Assembly: GCA_902594745.1 (NCBI GenBank)
Contig: CACJNF010000005.1
Span: 608-64,607 of the forward strand
Reading direction: 5' to 3'
DNA length: 64,000 bases
From: an uncultured Bacteroidota bacterium
GTDB lineage: Bacteria > Bacteroidota > Bacteroidia > Flavobacteriales > Flavobacteriaceae
How positions within the stretch are numbered: position 1 is the first letter of the stretch; every line of letters starts with the position of its first letter. Under the pieces are notes generated by a model. The model was not told the DNA's origin. It did not search any database and saw only the letters and a program-made list of their open reading frames with translations. Made by a program: the position numbers and the translations under genes. This document shows positions 7,993 to 18,792 of the stretch, piece by piece.

Positions 7993-8379
7993 TTATCTTT
8001 TTGAGAATTGGAATTTCTTTCTAGCTTTTTTCTGTCCAAATTTCTTTCTTTCAACCATTCTAGGATCTCTAGTCATTAAACCTTCTGCCTTTAATGTAGA
8101 TTTGAATTCTTCATTAAATTCAACTAAGGCTCTTGAAATTGCAAGCCTTACAGCTTCTGCTTGACCATTTACTCCGCCACCTTTAACGTTGACAGATAGA
8201 TCAAATTTGTCCTTAGTATCAGTTAAGTTAAAAGGTTGTAGTATTTTGTATTGAAGAGTAGCTGTGCTAAAAAAGTCAGAGTAAGATTTTTTATTAACTG
8301 TTATATTGCCTTTACCTTCTGACATATAAACTCTCGCAACAGATGTTTTTCTTCTTCCTATTTTATGAATTACTTCCAT
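7993..8379 (-). CDS. rpsI: 30S ribosomal protein S9
   Basis: GGGVNGQAEAVRLAISRAL...RDPRMVERKK.G.KKARK..QFSKR is the canonical S9 C-terminus. Confidence 0.95.
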   Translation of the reverse strand: MEVIHKIGRRKTSVARVYMSEGKGNITVNKKSYSDFFSTATLQYKILQPFNLTDTKDKFDLSVNVKGGGVNGQAEAVRLAISRALVEFNEEFKSTLKAEGLMTRDPRMVERKKFGQKKARKKFQFSKR

Positions 8380-8834
8380 TATATTTTACTATTAACATCA
8401 ATTGGTTTTGGTTTTTGTGCTTCATGATCATGTTCAGAACCTGGAAATACTTTAAGGTTTCTGAATAAATCTGCACCTAGCTTGTTTTTTGGGAGCATTC
8501 CTTTAACTGCTTTCTCTACAAGCTTAATATTATTTTTTTTGTGAAGTTTATCAGCAGTAATGATTCTCTGACCTCCTGGATATCCAGTGTGGCTTATATA
8601 TTGCTTTTGAGACCACTTGTCTCCTGATAAAGATACTTTTTCGGCATTGATTACTACAACGTTATCACCACAATCAACATGGGGAGTAAAATTAGTCTTG
8701 TGTTTACCTCTTAATAGTTTAGCAACAATAGATGCTGTTCTACCTAATGGTAATTCAGAAGCATCAACAAGAACCCACTCCTTATTAACTGTCTTTCTGT
8801 TTGCCGAAATTGTCTTATAACTAGTCTTAGTCAT
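8379..8834 (-). CDS. rplM: 50S ribosomal protein L13
   Basis: WVLVDASELPLGRTASIVAKLLRGKHK..FTPHVDCGDNVVVINA is canonical L13. It is the first gene of the rplM-rpsI-rpsB-tsf block. Confidence 0.95.
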   Translation of the reverse strand: MTKTSYKTISANRKTVNKEWVLVDASELPLGRTASIVAKLLRGKHKTNFTPHVDCGDNVVVINAEKVSLSGDKWSQKQYISHTGYPGGQRIITADKLHKKNNIKLVEKAVKGMLPKNKLGADLFRNLKVFPGSEHDHEAQKPKPIDVNSKI

Positions 8835-8860
8835 TAATATTATTATTAATTCTTGGCGTG

Positions 8861-8868
8861 CAAATGTA
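8861..8868 (-). promoter_or_regulatory. Candidate -7 promoter box (TACATTTG) for the rplM-rpsI-rpsB-tsf operon
   Basis: The minus strand reads TACATTTG, matching TAnnTTTG, 27 nt upstream of the rplM ATG. Confidence 0.45.
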
Positions 8869-8903
8869 CTATTTTAATGAATTTTAAAAAAACTTTTTTC
8901 TAA

Positions 8904-11684
8904 TTAATGTGCTTCCAACCAATTTTTACCAAATTCTAGGTCAATTTTTAGAGGTACTTTTAGCTTAACTGCAGATTCCATAGTGGTTTTAACGACATCT
9001 TGAATCTGATCTTTTTCAGATTTATGAACATCAAACACAAGCTCATCATGAACTTGAAGAAGCATTTTTGATTTTAAAGACTGTTTTTTTAACTCAGAAT
9101 TAATATTTATCATGGCAATTTTGATAATATCGGCAGCACTACCCTGAATAGGAGCGTTTATTGCATTTCTTTCAGAACTGCTTCTAAGCATATTATTTTG
9201 AGAATTGATATTTTGGAGATATCTTCTCCTACCCATTATAGTTTCAACATACCCATTGTTTCTTGCAAAATCAATTTGATCAGACATATATTTTTTTAAA
9301 CCAGGGTAGTTTAAGAAATAGTTATCAATCATAATTTTAGATTCAGATCTATTTAGATCAGTTTGTTGGCTAAGTCCAAATGCTGAAACTCCGTATATAA
9401 TTCCAAAATTTACTGTTTTTGCATTCCCCCTTTGTTCACGAGTTACATTTTCTGGGTTAACATTGTAAATTTTAGAGGCAGTCATTTTATGAATATCTTG
9501 ATTATTTACAAAAGCATCAATCATATTCTTTTCATTACTCATAGATGCGATCACTCTTAACTCAATTTGAGAATAGTCAGCTGCCATCAATATATAATCA
9601 CTACCTCTAGGTATGAAAGCTCTTCTGATTTTCTGCCCGTTTGCGGTTCTTATTGGAATGTTTTGCAAATTAGGGTTATTACTAGAAAGCCTCCCTGTTG
9701 TAGTTACAGTTTGATTAAAACTACTATGGACTCTATTAGTTAAACTACTTACTTCGTTAGGTAGTGATTTTACATAAGTATTTTGAAGTTTATCAAGAGA
9801 TCTCCACTCAAGAATATCCTCTATAATCTTATGATCATTAGCTAAACTTGAAAGAACTTCTTCTGAAGTAGAATATTGGCCAGTTTTAGTTTTTTTTGGC
9901 TTACTAACTAGTTTTAACTTATCAAATAAAATTTCACCTAGTTGTTTGGGTGAATTAAGATTAAACTCTTCACCAGATTTTTTGAAGATTTCTTTTTTTA
10001 ATTTTTCCAGGTCCTCTTCAAATTCTTTATCCAGTTTTTCTAGATAACTGGTATCTATCTTTATCCCTTCTGTTTCCATCTCGCTTAATACATTAATCAT
10101 CGGAATCTCAATATCATAAAAAATCTTACCTAAATTATTGACTTCAATCTCTTTGTCAAAAACACTTTTCAGCTGAAGAGTAATGTCTGCATCTTCACTT
10201 GCATAATCTGTAATTTTATCAATTGAGACATCCCTCATTGATATCTGATTTTTTCCTTTCTTTCCTATTAAAGATTCAATTGAAATTGGAGAATAATTTA
10301 AGTAAGATTCAGAAAGGGTATCTAGATTATGCCTCATATCTGGATTAATAAGGTAATGCGCAACCATTGTATCATATATTGGGGACGACACTTTAATATT
10401 ATACTTGTGTAATACTTGTATGTCAAATTTTATGTTGTGTCCAACTTTAATAATTTCAGTAGACTCAAAAAAGGGTTTTAAAATTTCAAATGATTTTTCA
10501 TGGACTGACTTATTATTTTTTATAGGTAAATAATAACCTATTCCCTTTTGCCAAGAAAATGAGATTCCAACAATATCTGTTTCCAGTGCATTTAAACCTT
10601 CTGTTTCAGTGTCAAATGCTACAATTTCCTGCTTCATCATTTTCTCTACTAATAGTTTTAACTCTTCAAATGACTCTATTCTTTGATATATTGATTTTGA
10701 ATCATTTAAACTGTCTTTATTAGATTCTAAATTATAGGTTTCACTAAACAAATCTCCCTGGACAACTTCAGCACCTTTTTCTTCTGATTGGCTAGAATTA
10801 GCTCCAAAAATTTTAAAAAAAGTCTCTTTTATTCTCCTAAATTCTAACTCTTCAAAAACTTTTAAGACTATCTCTTTATCTGGATCTGACAATTTAAATT
10901 CATCTAGATTATAATCGATTGGTACATCTAAAATAATTTTTGCTAATTTCTTTGACAATACACCTAATTCTTTATTCTCAATTATCTTTTCACCAAGCTT
11001 CCCTGTTACTTCATGAGCATTCCGAAGCAAATTTTCTAAACTTCCATATTGTTTAATAAACTTTTTTGCAGTTTTATCACCAACACCAGGAAGTCCAGGA
11101 ATATTATCAACTGAGTCTCCCATCATTCCGAGATAATCAATTACTTGATCAGGCGATTCAACCTCAAATTTATCTTTAACTTCATCAACTCCCCAGATTT
11201 CCATACTATTACCCATTCTAGCAGGTTTACATAAAAAAATATTATGTGAAACTAGTTGAGCAAAGTCCTTATCAGGAGTAACCATATAAACTTTAAAATT
11301 ATTCTCTTCAGCATCTTTTGCAACAGTTCCAATAATGTCATCTGCTTCAAAACCTTCTTTTTCAAGAATTGGAATTTTCATTCCTTCTAATATTGTTTTT
11401 ATATATGGAATTGCAACAAGAATTGGTTCAGGTGTTTTATCTCTGTTGCTCTTGTATTCTTCAAACATTTCAGATCGAGTTACAGATCCACCTTTATCAA
11501 ATGCAACTGCTAAGTAATCTGGGTTTTGTGTTCTTATTATCTCAAATAAAGAATTCATAAAACCTAAAATAGCAGAAGTGTCAGTACCTTTTGAATTAAT
11601 TCTTGGATTTTTAATGAAAGCATAATACCCTCTATAAATTAATGCATAAGCATCCAACAAAAAAAGATTCTTCGAGTTCTCCAT
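8904..11684 (-). CDS. polA: DNA polymerase I (5'-3' exonuclease, 3'-5' exonuclease and polymerase domains)
   Basis: 926 aa. Motif A DYSQIELRV, motif C QVHDELVF, an Exo I-like FDTETEGL, and an N-terminal FEN domain. Confidence 0.95.
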   Translation of the reverse strand: MENSKNLFLLDAYALIYRGYYAFIKNPRINSKGTDTSAILGFMNSLFEIIRTQNPDYLAVAFDKGGSVTRSEMFEEYKSNRDKTPEPILVAIPYIKTILEGMKIPILEKEGFEADDIIGTVAKDAEENNFKVYMVTPDKDFAQLVSHNIFLCKPARMGNSMEIWGVDEVKDKFEVESPDQVIDYLGMMGDSVDNIPGLPGVGDKTAKKFIKQYGSLENLLRNAHEVTGKLGEKIIENKELGVLSKKLAKIILDVPIDYNLDEFKLSDPDKEIVLKVFEELEFRRIKETFFKIFGANSSQSEEKGAEVVQGDLFSETYNLESNKDSLNDSKSIYQRIESFEELKLLVEKMMKQEIVAFDTETEGLNALETDIVGISFSWQKGIGYYLPIKNNKSVHEKSFEILKPFFESTEIIKVGHNIKFDIQVLHKYNIKVSSPIYDTMVAHYLINPDMRHNLDTLSESYLNYSPISIESLIGKKGKNQISMRDVSIDKITDYASEDADITLQLKSVFDKEIEVNNLGKIFYDIEIPMINVLSEMETEGIKIDTSYLEKLDKEFEEDLEKLKKEIFKKSGEEFNLNSPKQLGEILFDKLKLVSKPKKTKTGQYSTSEEVLSSLANDHKIIEDILEWRSLDKLQNTYVKSLPNEVSSLTNRVHSSFNQTVTTTGRLSSNNPNLQNIPIRTANGQKIRRAFIPRGSDYILMAADYSQIELRVIASMSNEKNMIDAFVNNQDIHKMTASKIYNVNPENVTREQRGNAKTVNFGIIYGVSAFGLSQQTDLNRSESKIMIDNYFLNYPGLKKYMSDQIDFARNNGYVETIMGRRRYLQNINSQNNMLRSSSERNAINAPIQGSAADIIKIAMININSELKKQSLKSKMLLQVHDELVFDVHKSEKDQIQDVVKTTMESAVKLKVPLKIDLEFGKNWLEAH

Positions 11685-11749
11685 TAATCCATGAATATTT
11701 TATGAATATACAAAGATAAATGTTCGTTAATTCAAATCCCCCTATTTTG

Positions 11750-11757
11750 TAAATTTG
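11750..11757 (+). promoter_or_regulatory. Candidate -7 promoter box (TAAATTTG) 4 nt upstream of the tadA ATG
   Basis: Exact TAnnTTTG match. The G at 11757 is 4 nt from ATG 11762, which implies a leaderless or near-leaderless mRNA. Confidence 0.35.
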
Positions 11758-11761
11758 CAAC

Positions 11762-12199
11762 ATGGAACTAGATCATAATCAATTTATGAAAAAAGCTCTT
11801 CAAGAGGCAAACTATGCTTTTTTTAAAGATGAAGTTCCTGTTGGGTGTGTTATTGTTCATAATAACGAAATTATTTCAAGGTCTTCAAATATGGTTGAAT
11901 TATTAAATGACTCAACAGCTCATGCTGAATTAATTGCAATTACATCAGCTCAAAACAATTTAAATAGTAAGAATCTAGAAAATTGTACTATATATTCAAC
12001 ACTTGAGCCTTGCATGATGTGTTATGGAGCTATTTATTGGTCAAAGATTAAAACTATAGTATATGGTGCATCTGACGAAAAAAGAGGGTTTTCAAAGCAA
12101 ATAGTAAATGTAGATAGAGATATTAAAATTATTAAAGGCGTTTTGGAAGCAGAATCTAAGGAATTACTTGATAACTTCTTTAAAAAAATCAGAGATTAA
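11762..12199 (+). CDS. tadA: tRNA-specific adenosine deaminase (CMP/dCMP-type zinc deaminase)
   Basis: Zinc-ligand motifs HAELIAI and PCMMCYGAI. Length 145 aa. Confidence 0.85.
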   Translation: MELDHNQFMKKALQEANYAFFKDEVPVGCVIVHNNEIISRSSNMVELLNDSTAHAELIAITSAQNNLNSKNLENCTIYSTLEPCMMCYGAIYWSKIKTIVYGASDEKRGFSKQIVNVDRDIKIIKGVLEAESKELLDNFFKKIRD

Positions 12200-12437
12200 A
12201 GTCATCAGCTTTCTCCCTCATTTTTTTTAAGTTTTCGTTACTAAGAGTATAGTCTTTTAGCTTCTTTCCTTTCCATCTAATAGCAAGAAATAATGGCATA
12301 AAAATTAAAGTTCCTACTAAGACAGATATTCCAATTATTATATCTCCTGTTTGATCACCTATTAATTCTTTTGAAAAAATTCCAACAAACACACCTATAA
12401 AAACTATATAGGATAATACTTTAACAAAAATCTTCAT
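12189..12437 (-). CDS. Small two-TM membrane protein, function unknown
   Basis: 82 aa with two hydrophobic helices and a charged C-terminus. It sits tightly between aspS and tadA, with an 11-nt convergent overlap with tadA. Confidence 0.5.
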   Translation of the reverse strand: MKIFVKVLSYIVFIGVFVGIFSKELIGDQTGDIIIGISVLVGTLIFMPLFLAIRWKGKKLKDYTLSNENLKKMREKADDFNL

Positions 12438-12439
12438 CT

Positions 12440-14179
12440 CTATTTTTGTGATAAATCTTTTAACTGATCTTTAGTTAATTTTGATGGGGCATCAATCATT
12501 AAGTCTTTTCCACTATTATTCTTAGGGAAAGCAATAAAATCTCTAATTACATCTTTTCCTTTAAGCACTGCAGCGAGTCTGTCAAGTCCAAAGGCAATAC
12601 CACCATGAGGTGGAGCACCATACTTCAAGGCCTCAATTAGAAAACCAAACTGACTTGTATATTCTTCTTTACTCATGCCTAATAATTCAAAAATTTTCAT
12701 TTGTGTGTCAAAATCATGAATTCTAATTGAACCACCACCAATCTCATTGCCATTTAAGACTAAATCGTATGCATTTGCTATAACTTTTTCAGGCTCTTTA
12801 TCCAAAATATCTATGAATTCTGGTTTTGGTGAAGTAAAAGGGTGATGCATTGAAAAGAATCTTTTTTCTTCTTCGTCCCATTCAAATAATGGAAAGTCAG
12901 TTACCCATAAAGGACAAATTTTTTCTTGATCAATTAAATTAAACCTACTTGCTAGTTCAACTCTAAGTGAGCCTAATTGTTCAAGTGTTTTTTTATTTTC
13001 TCCAGACATAATAAAAATTATATCTCCAGGTTTTGAAGAAATTTTTTCAGAAATAACTCTTAAATCTGACTCTGAAAAAAACTTATCGAATGAAGATTTA
13101 AATGAAGCGTCATTGTTGTGTTTTATCCACAATAAACCTGAAGCTCCTATTTGAGGTCTTTTAACCCAATCCGTAATTTCATCAATTTCTTTTCTAGTAA
13201 GGTCAGATTTTCCTTCAACCCTAAAACATACACTTAATTCATTATTATCAAAAATTTGAAAGTTTTTGCCCTTTACCTCATCTGAAATGTTATTTATCAA
13301 TAGTTCATATCTCAAGTCAGGTTTATCAGTCCCATATTTTTCTATTGCAGACTTATATGTCATTCTATCAAAAGTTATATTGTCAGAACCTAAAAATTTT
13401 GAAAAAATTCTTTTCATTAGACCTTCAAATTGCTCAAAAACATCCTCTTGATTAACAAACGACATTTCACAATCAATTTGAGTAAATTCAGGTTGCCTAT
13501 CGGCTCTTAGATCCTCATCTCTAAAACATTTTACGATCTGATAATATTTATCAATACCACCAATCATTAGAAGCTGTTTAAAGATTTGAGGAGACTGAGG
13601 AAGAGCATAATAATGATCAGGATTTAACCTACTTGGAACAATAAAATCTCTTGCACCCTCTGGAGTTGACTTAATTAGACAAGGAGTTTCAACGTCAATG
13701 AAACTGTTTTCTGATAAATAATTTCTTACTTCAAGAGACAAACTGTGTCTAAAAATTAAGTTTTCTTTTATTGGCTCTCTTCTTATATCAAGATACCTAT
13801 ACTTCATCCTTAATTCTTCACCTCCATCTGACTCATTTTCTATTGTAAAGGGTGGTGTTAAAGACTTGTTCAATATAATTATACTAGTAACTAAAATTTC
13901 AATTTCACCAGTATCAATATTTTCATTAATACTCTTTCTTTCAATTACTGAGCCTTCAACTTCAATTACAAATTCCCTTCCAAGTTGACTGGCAGTGGTA
14001 AAAATCTCATCATTAGATCTTTCTTTGTCAAATACCAGTTGAGTTATACCATATCTATCTCTTAAATCAACCCAAATTATAAAACCCTTTTCTCTGATTT
14101 TATTTACCCAGCCAGAAAGTTTTACTGTTTGGCCTAAGTTAGACTTTGTTAATTCACCACAGTTTTTAGTTCTATTCAT
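12440..14179 (-). CDS. aspS: Aspartate--tRNA ligase
   Basis: 579 aa. Class II motifs [18 protein letters not shown] and [10 protein letters not shown], plus an N-terminal OB anticodon-binding domain. Confidence 0.95.
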   Translation of the reverse strand: MNRTKNCGELTKSNLGQTVKLSGWVNKIREKGFIIWVDLRDRYGITQLVFDKERSNDEIFTTASQLGREFVIEVEGSVIERKSINENIDTGEIEILVTSIIILNKSLTPPFTIENESDGGEELRMKYRYLDIRREPIKENLIFRHSLSLEVRNYLSENSFIDVETPCLIKSTPEGARDFIVPSRLNPDHYYALPQSPQIFKQLLMIGGIDKYYQIVKCFRDEDLRADRQPEFTQIDCEMSFVNQEDVFEQFEGLMKRIFSKFLGSDNITFDRMTYKSAIEKYGTDKPDLRYELLINNISDEVKGKNFQIFDNNELSVCFRVEGKSDLTRKEIDEITDWVKRPQIGASGLLWIKHNNDASFKSSFDKFFSESDLRVISEKISSKPGDIIFIMSGENKKTLEQLGSLRVELASRFNLIDQEKICPLWVTDFPLFEWDEEEKRFFSMHHPFTSPKPEFIDILDKEPEKVIANAYDLVLNGNEIGGGSIRIHDFDTQMKIFELLGMSKEEYTSQFGFLIEALKYGAPPHGGIAFGLDRLAAVLKGKDVIRDFIAFPKNNSGKDLMIDAPSKLTKDQLKDLSQK

Positions 14180-14199
14180 AAATAATTATGTAAATATAA

Positions 14200-17100
14200 C
14201 TAGATATTTTTTAGTTTAATTCTGGCAAGATGTATTATATAATACATAGATGGAACGATAATTAAAGTAAGAAAAGTTGCAAATGTTATTCCAAAAATTA
14301 CGGTCCAGGCAAGAGGTCCCCAGAAAATAACATTATCTCCACCTAAGTATACATTTGGATTCCAATTAGCAAAAAGAGAGAAGAAATCAATATTTAAACC
14401 AACCGCAAGTGGAATCAATCCAAAAATAGTAGTTATAGCTGTAAGTAAAACAGGTTTAAGTCTTGCTTTACCTGCTGTTTTAACAAGTTCCATAGCTGTC
14501 AACTTATCAATTGTTTCATCTTTTGACATATTTAAGTCTATTTTTTTTCTATCAAATAATAGTTGAGTATAATCTATTAACACAACGGCATTATTTACAA
14601 TAATTCCAGTAAGAGAAATTATCCCAAGCATAGTCATAAGTATGCTGAATGTCAAATTAAAAATTACTATACCTAGAAACACTCCAGTAAAGCTTAATAT
14701 AATTGATGCAAGAACAATAAATGGTTTTGATATTGAGTTAAATTGAAATACAAGTAATAAAATAATTAATGCTATACCTGTTAAAAGAGCTCCTGATAAA
14801 AATTCTTGATTTTCAGACTGTTGTTTAATTTCTCCTGTAAATTTATATTCTACACCCTGTGGCGCTTCATATCCAGATAAAGCAATTTCAGCAGTATTTA
14901 CAATCTCATTTGCATTTGATCCTGCAAGTATTGATGAATATAAAGTAACTACTCTTTGAAGATCAATATGCTTGATTGCACTAAATGATGTAATATTTTT
15001 TTGATCAACAATCGATGCGATTGGAACCTCCTTTGTCTTACCAGTTGATTGGTCTCTAAAAACAATGTTCTGATTAATAATAGAGTTAATATCATTTTTA
15101 AATTTTTCATCAAACCTTACATTAATCTCATAATCCTCTCCTCTCAATTTATATACTCCAGCTTTGGACCCTATTATTGAATTCCTAATTGTTTGTCCAA
15201 CCAGTCCAGTAGGAATTCCAAGCTCACCAGCTTTTTCTCTGTCTACATTAAATTCAAGGCCTGGCTTACTCCTGCTTACATCAATCTTTAGCTGTTCTAT
15301 TCCCTCAATATTCTCCTGATTTAAATAGTTCTTCATTGAAATTGCAGTTTCAATTAATTGTTCGTAATCCTCTCCGTAAATCTCAATATTTACAGGGTAT
15401 CCTCCTGGAGGTCCTTGGGAATCTTTTTCTACAGAAATTGCAATTCCTGGAAACTTTTCTATTAATTCAACTTGAATTTCCTTTCTTAATTCTTCACTTG
15501 ACATTCCTCTTCTAAACTTGAATTCTCGCATAGTCATTGTGATCAAAGCTTTATGTGGAATTTCTCCAGTACCACCAGCATCTGTTTCAGGATTTCCAGC
15601 ACCCTCTCCTACTTGAGATATAGCAGACTCAACTAAAAAGTTATAGCCATTATCGATGTACTTTGAGTTATTGACTACTTTGTAAACCTCTGACTCAATT
15701 AGCATTGAGGTTTCATTTGTTTTCTTAATATCTGTGCCTTCAGGATATTCTAAATAAACTAGTATTTGTTGAGGTTCATTGTCAGGAAAGAATTCAACTT
15801 TAGGCGGAAATATAGCCATTAGTAAAATTGAAACAAAGAATAACGAAATTGTTCCAAGCAGGAATAAATAAGGTCTAAATCCTGCAAGAGCAAATGATAG
15901 AAATTCGTTATACCTATTTTCCAATTTTACCAACAATGTATTTTGAAATTTTACAGCTGAGTTCTTGATAACATACTTATAAGACCAGAATAAAAAACAT
16001 ATAAATGCAAGTAAAGATCCTATTGCTCTAGTGTCCTGAAATAATACAAAAACTATAGCAAGCCCTCCAAGAATATATGTCATTTTCATAAGGTTTGTTC
16101 TACTAATTTCTCTCTCACTTAAATCCATGAAACTTGACACTAACATTGAATTGAAAAAAATTGCAACGATCAATGATGATCCCAAAATAGCAGAAAGTGT
16201 AATAGGGAAGTATATCATAAACTCACCAAGTGTGCCAGGCCAAGTGCCTAGAGGTATAAATGCAGCAATAGTAGTAGCAGTAGATACAATAATCGGAAGG
16301 GCAACTTCTCCAATACCTAATTTTGCAGCTTGAACTCTTGACATACCCTCTTTAGCCATTAGTCTATATATATTCTCTACTACAACGATACCATTATCAA
16401 CTAAAAGGCCAAGACCCATTACTAGTCCAAACAAAACCATTCTATTTAAAGTGAATCCAAATCCTGATAGAATTACCAATGACATGAACATGGACATTGG
16501 AATAGCAAACCCAACAAAAAGAGCATTTCTAAGACCAAGAAAAAATGTTAGAACAGTTACAACTAAAATTATACCAAAAATTAAATTATTCATTAAGTCA
16601 TTAACTGAGTTAATTGTATACTCAGATTGATCATTTTGAACAACAACATCTAGATTTTCGGGTAAAAAATTCTCTTTTGCATCTTTTATAATTTCCTGAA
16701 TTGAATTTGATGCAAAAATTGCGTTTTCACCACCTCTTTTAACAACCTCAAGCATAACTGTCTTTTGGTCAAATGATCTAGTAAATGAGGTTGCTTCTTT
16801 CTCTCTAAAACTAACTGATGCGACATCTTCTAGATAAACTGGACCATCATCTCTCTTAACTATAAGCTTATTTAGTTGAGAAGGATCAGATACTTCTCCA
16901 ATTATTTTTACATTCCTTCTTTGCCCATCTGAAATTAAACTACCAGCTGAAATAGTTATATTTTCTTGAGAGATTGCATTTATAATATTACCAAAACTTG
17001 TTTTGGTAGCCTTCATTTTATAAGGATTCACAGCAATTTCAACTTCAAAATCTTGTATACCTCGAACCTCTACAGTCTTGACTTGAGGCAGCCTCTCTAT

Positions 17101-17625
17101 TCTTGTATCTAGATACTCTGCATATTCTTTTAGCTCTTCAACTCTATAATCACCAACTAAACTTATGTTTAAGACAGGAAATCTCTCTGCTATATCAAAT
17201 TCAAAAATATTTGGATCAACTTTAGCATTATTAAAAGTTGGCCAATCGTCACCTACAGTTACATTATCTACTAAATCTTTTACTCTTAGCCTTGCAACTT
17301 CAGTAGGTATATCATCATCAAATTCTATATTTATAACTGATATACCTTCACTTGATGTTGATTCAATCTCAATAAGTCCAATAACACCTTTAATTTCTTG
17401 TTCTAATGGGTCTGTTATTAACTTTTCAATTTCTTCAGCATTGTTTCCAGGAAAAATAGTTGTTACAAAAATATTCGAGGAATTAATTTCCGGGAATAAT
17501 TCTCTAGGCATAGTTTTATATGCTGTAATACCTGAGACTAAAAAAATAGTCATTAAAACATAAATAATAGTCTTATTATTTATTGCCCAGCTTGAAAGAA
17601 AAAACTCTTTATTTTTTTTATCCAT
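14200..17625 (-). CDS. RND efflux transporter permease (AcrB/HAE family)
   Basis: 1141 aa with 12-TM RND topology and two large periplasmic loops. It is the last gene of the TetR-TolC-MFP-RND operon. Confidence 0.9.
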   Translation of the reverse strand: MDKKNKEFFLSSWAINNKTIIYVLMTIFLVSGITAYKTMPRELFPEINSSNIFVTTIFPGNNAEEIEKLITDPLEQEIKGVIGLIEIESTSSEGISVINIEFDDDIPTEVARLRVKDLVDNVTVGDDWPTFNNAKVDPNIFEFDIAERFPVLNISLVGDYRVEELKEYAEYLDTRIERLPQVKTVEVRGIQDFEVEIAVNPYKMKATKTSFGNIINAISQENITISAGSLISDGQRRNVKIIGEVSDPSQLNKLIVKRDDGPVYLEDVASVSFREKEATSFTRSFDQKTVMLEVVKRGGENAIFASNSIQEIIKDAKENFLPENLDVVVQNDQSEYTINSVNDLMNNLIFGIILVVTVLTFFLGLRNALFVGFAIPMSMFMSLVILSGFGFTLNRMVLFGLVMGLGLLVDNGIVVVENIYRLMAKEGMSRVQAAKLGIGEVALPIIVSTATTIAAFIPLGTWPGTLGEFMIYFPITLSAILGSSLIVAIFFNSMLVSSFMDLSEREISRTNLMKMTYILGGLAIVFVLFQDTRAIGSLLAFICFLFWSYKYVIKNSAVKFQNTLLVKLENRYNEFLSFALAGFRPYLFLLGTISLFFVSILLMAIFPPKVEFFPDNEPQQILVYLEYPEGTDIKKTNETSMLIESEVYKVVNNSKYIDNGYNFLVESAISQVGEGAGNPETDAGGTGEIPHKALITMTMREFKFRRGMSSEELRKEIQVELIEKFPGIAISVEKDSQGPPGGYPVNIEIYGEDYEQLIETAISMKNYLNQENIEGIEQLKIDVSRSKPGLEFNVDREKAGELGIPTGLVGQTIRNSIIGSKAGVYKLRGEDYEINVRFDEKFKNDINSIINQNIVFRDQSTGKTKEVPIASIVDQKNITSFSAIKHIDLQRVVTLYSSILAGSNANEIVNTAEIALSGYEAPQGVEYKFTGEIKQQSENQEFLSGALLTGIALIILLLVFQFNSISKPFIVLASIILSFTGVFLGIVIFNLTFSILMTMLGIISLTGIIVNNAVVLIDYTQLLFDRKKIDLNMSKDETIDKLTAMELVKTAGKARLKPVLLTAITTIFGLIPLAVGLNIDFFSLFANWNPNVYLGGDNVIFWGPLAWTVIFGITFATFLTLIIVPSMYYIIHLARIKLKNI

Positions 17626-17626
17626 C

Positions 17627-18790
17627 TTAATCTATAAGCTTTACTCTTTGAGAATCCTCTACACTATATGCTCCCTCTAAAACGACTATATCTCCCAGAT
17701 CAAGACCTTCTGTAACTTCAACTTTGTCTTCACTCTTATTTCCAAGTGTGATAAATTGTTTAGAGGTTAAATAAACTCCCTCTTTGTTGTCCTCATACAT
17801 TACGTAGACAAAATTTTTACCAAGAGCATCTTCTCTAATAATTCTAAGTGGAATCACTATTGCATCATCTTTATTGTAAATATTAATTTTGATTTTTGCA
17901 TCAAGATTTTGCTTAATTCTATTATCAAAGTTTTCTACAGGCACTTCAATTCTAAATGTTCTATTACTTGGATTTATAAAGTTACCTGTCTGATTAACTG
18001 ATGACGTATACTCCATATTTAAAAGGGGTATTTGAACAATTGCTTCGGTACCCTCACCAATAAATGAGATATATTTTTCAGAAACGAAAGACTCGGCATA
18101 AATTATGTCAAGATTTACCAGTCTAAGAATTTGAGAAACTCCAGGTATTAAATTAGATCCAACATTAGAAATAATTTCATCTATTTCCCCATCAAATGGA
18201 GCATATATTTTTGTTTTTGAAAGTCTGTCTTTCATTTGGTCAACCATTTTTTTACTTGCTTCGTAATCTGTCTTGCTCTTTAAATATTGCATTTCAGAAC
18301 CAATATTATTGTCCCACAATCTTTGAGTTCTTTCAAAATTTTCTTTAGCAAACTCTGCCTGGATAACCATCTGTTCATATTGTTCATTAAGTCCCGAATC
18401 ATTGATCTCTGCTAAAAGCTGTCCTTTTTTAACTTTTTGACCTTCACTCACAAAAACTTTTTCTAGTGTACCTTGAAATTCTGGAAGAATCAAAACATTT
18501 TTTCTAGTTTTTAGGTTTGCCTGTGCCTCAATGTAAGTATTGAAAATAGTTTGTTGAATTTCATATTTTGATACAAGCGTAAGTCTTTCATTTTCATCTA
18601 ACAATGAGATTCCATTATTTATTTCGTTAAGTTCAACCTTCATTGTATTCATTGCATCAACATATTCTTTTTTTCTTTTTTTAAGTTCTTCTAAATCTCC
18701 TGATTCAATTAATGACTCAATTGATGCATTTCTAGAAGAGTTACATCCACTTATTATTATGATTAGTAAAAGGCTATAAATTTTATTCAT
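17627..18790 (-). CDS. RND efflux periplasmic adaptor (membrane fusion protein), lipoprotein
   Basis: Lipobox LLIIIISGC, a coiled-coil hairpin region and beta-barrel motifs. It lies between the TolC-like and RND genes. Confidence 0.85.
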   Translation of the reverse strand: MNKIYSLLLIIIISGCNSSRNASIESLIESGDLEELKKRKKEYVDAMNTMKVELNEINNGISLLDENERLTLVSKYEIQQTIFNTYIEAQANLKTRKNVLILPEFQGTLEKVFVSEGQKVKKGQLLAEINDSGLNEQYEQMVIQAEFAKENFERTQRLWDNNIGSEMQYLKSKTDYEASKKMVDQMKDRLSKTKIYAPFDGEIDEIISNVGSNLIPGVSQILRLVNLDIIYAESFVSEKYISFIGEGTEAIVQIPLLNMEYTSSVNQTGNFINPSNRTFRIEVPVENFDNRIKQNLDAKIKINIYNKDDAIVIPLRIIREDALGKNFVYVMYEDNKEGVYLTSKQFITLGNKSEDKVEVTEGLDLGDIVVLEGAYSVEDSQRVKLID

Positions 18791-18792
18791 GA

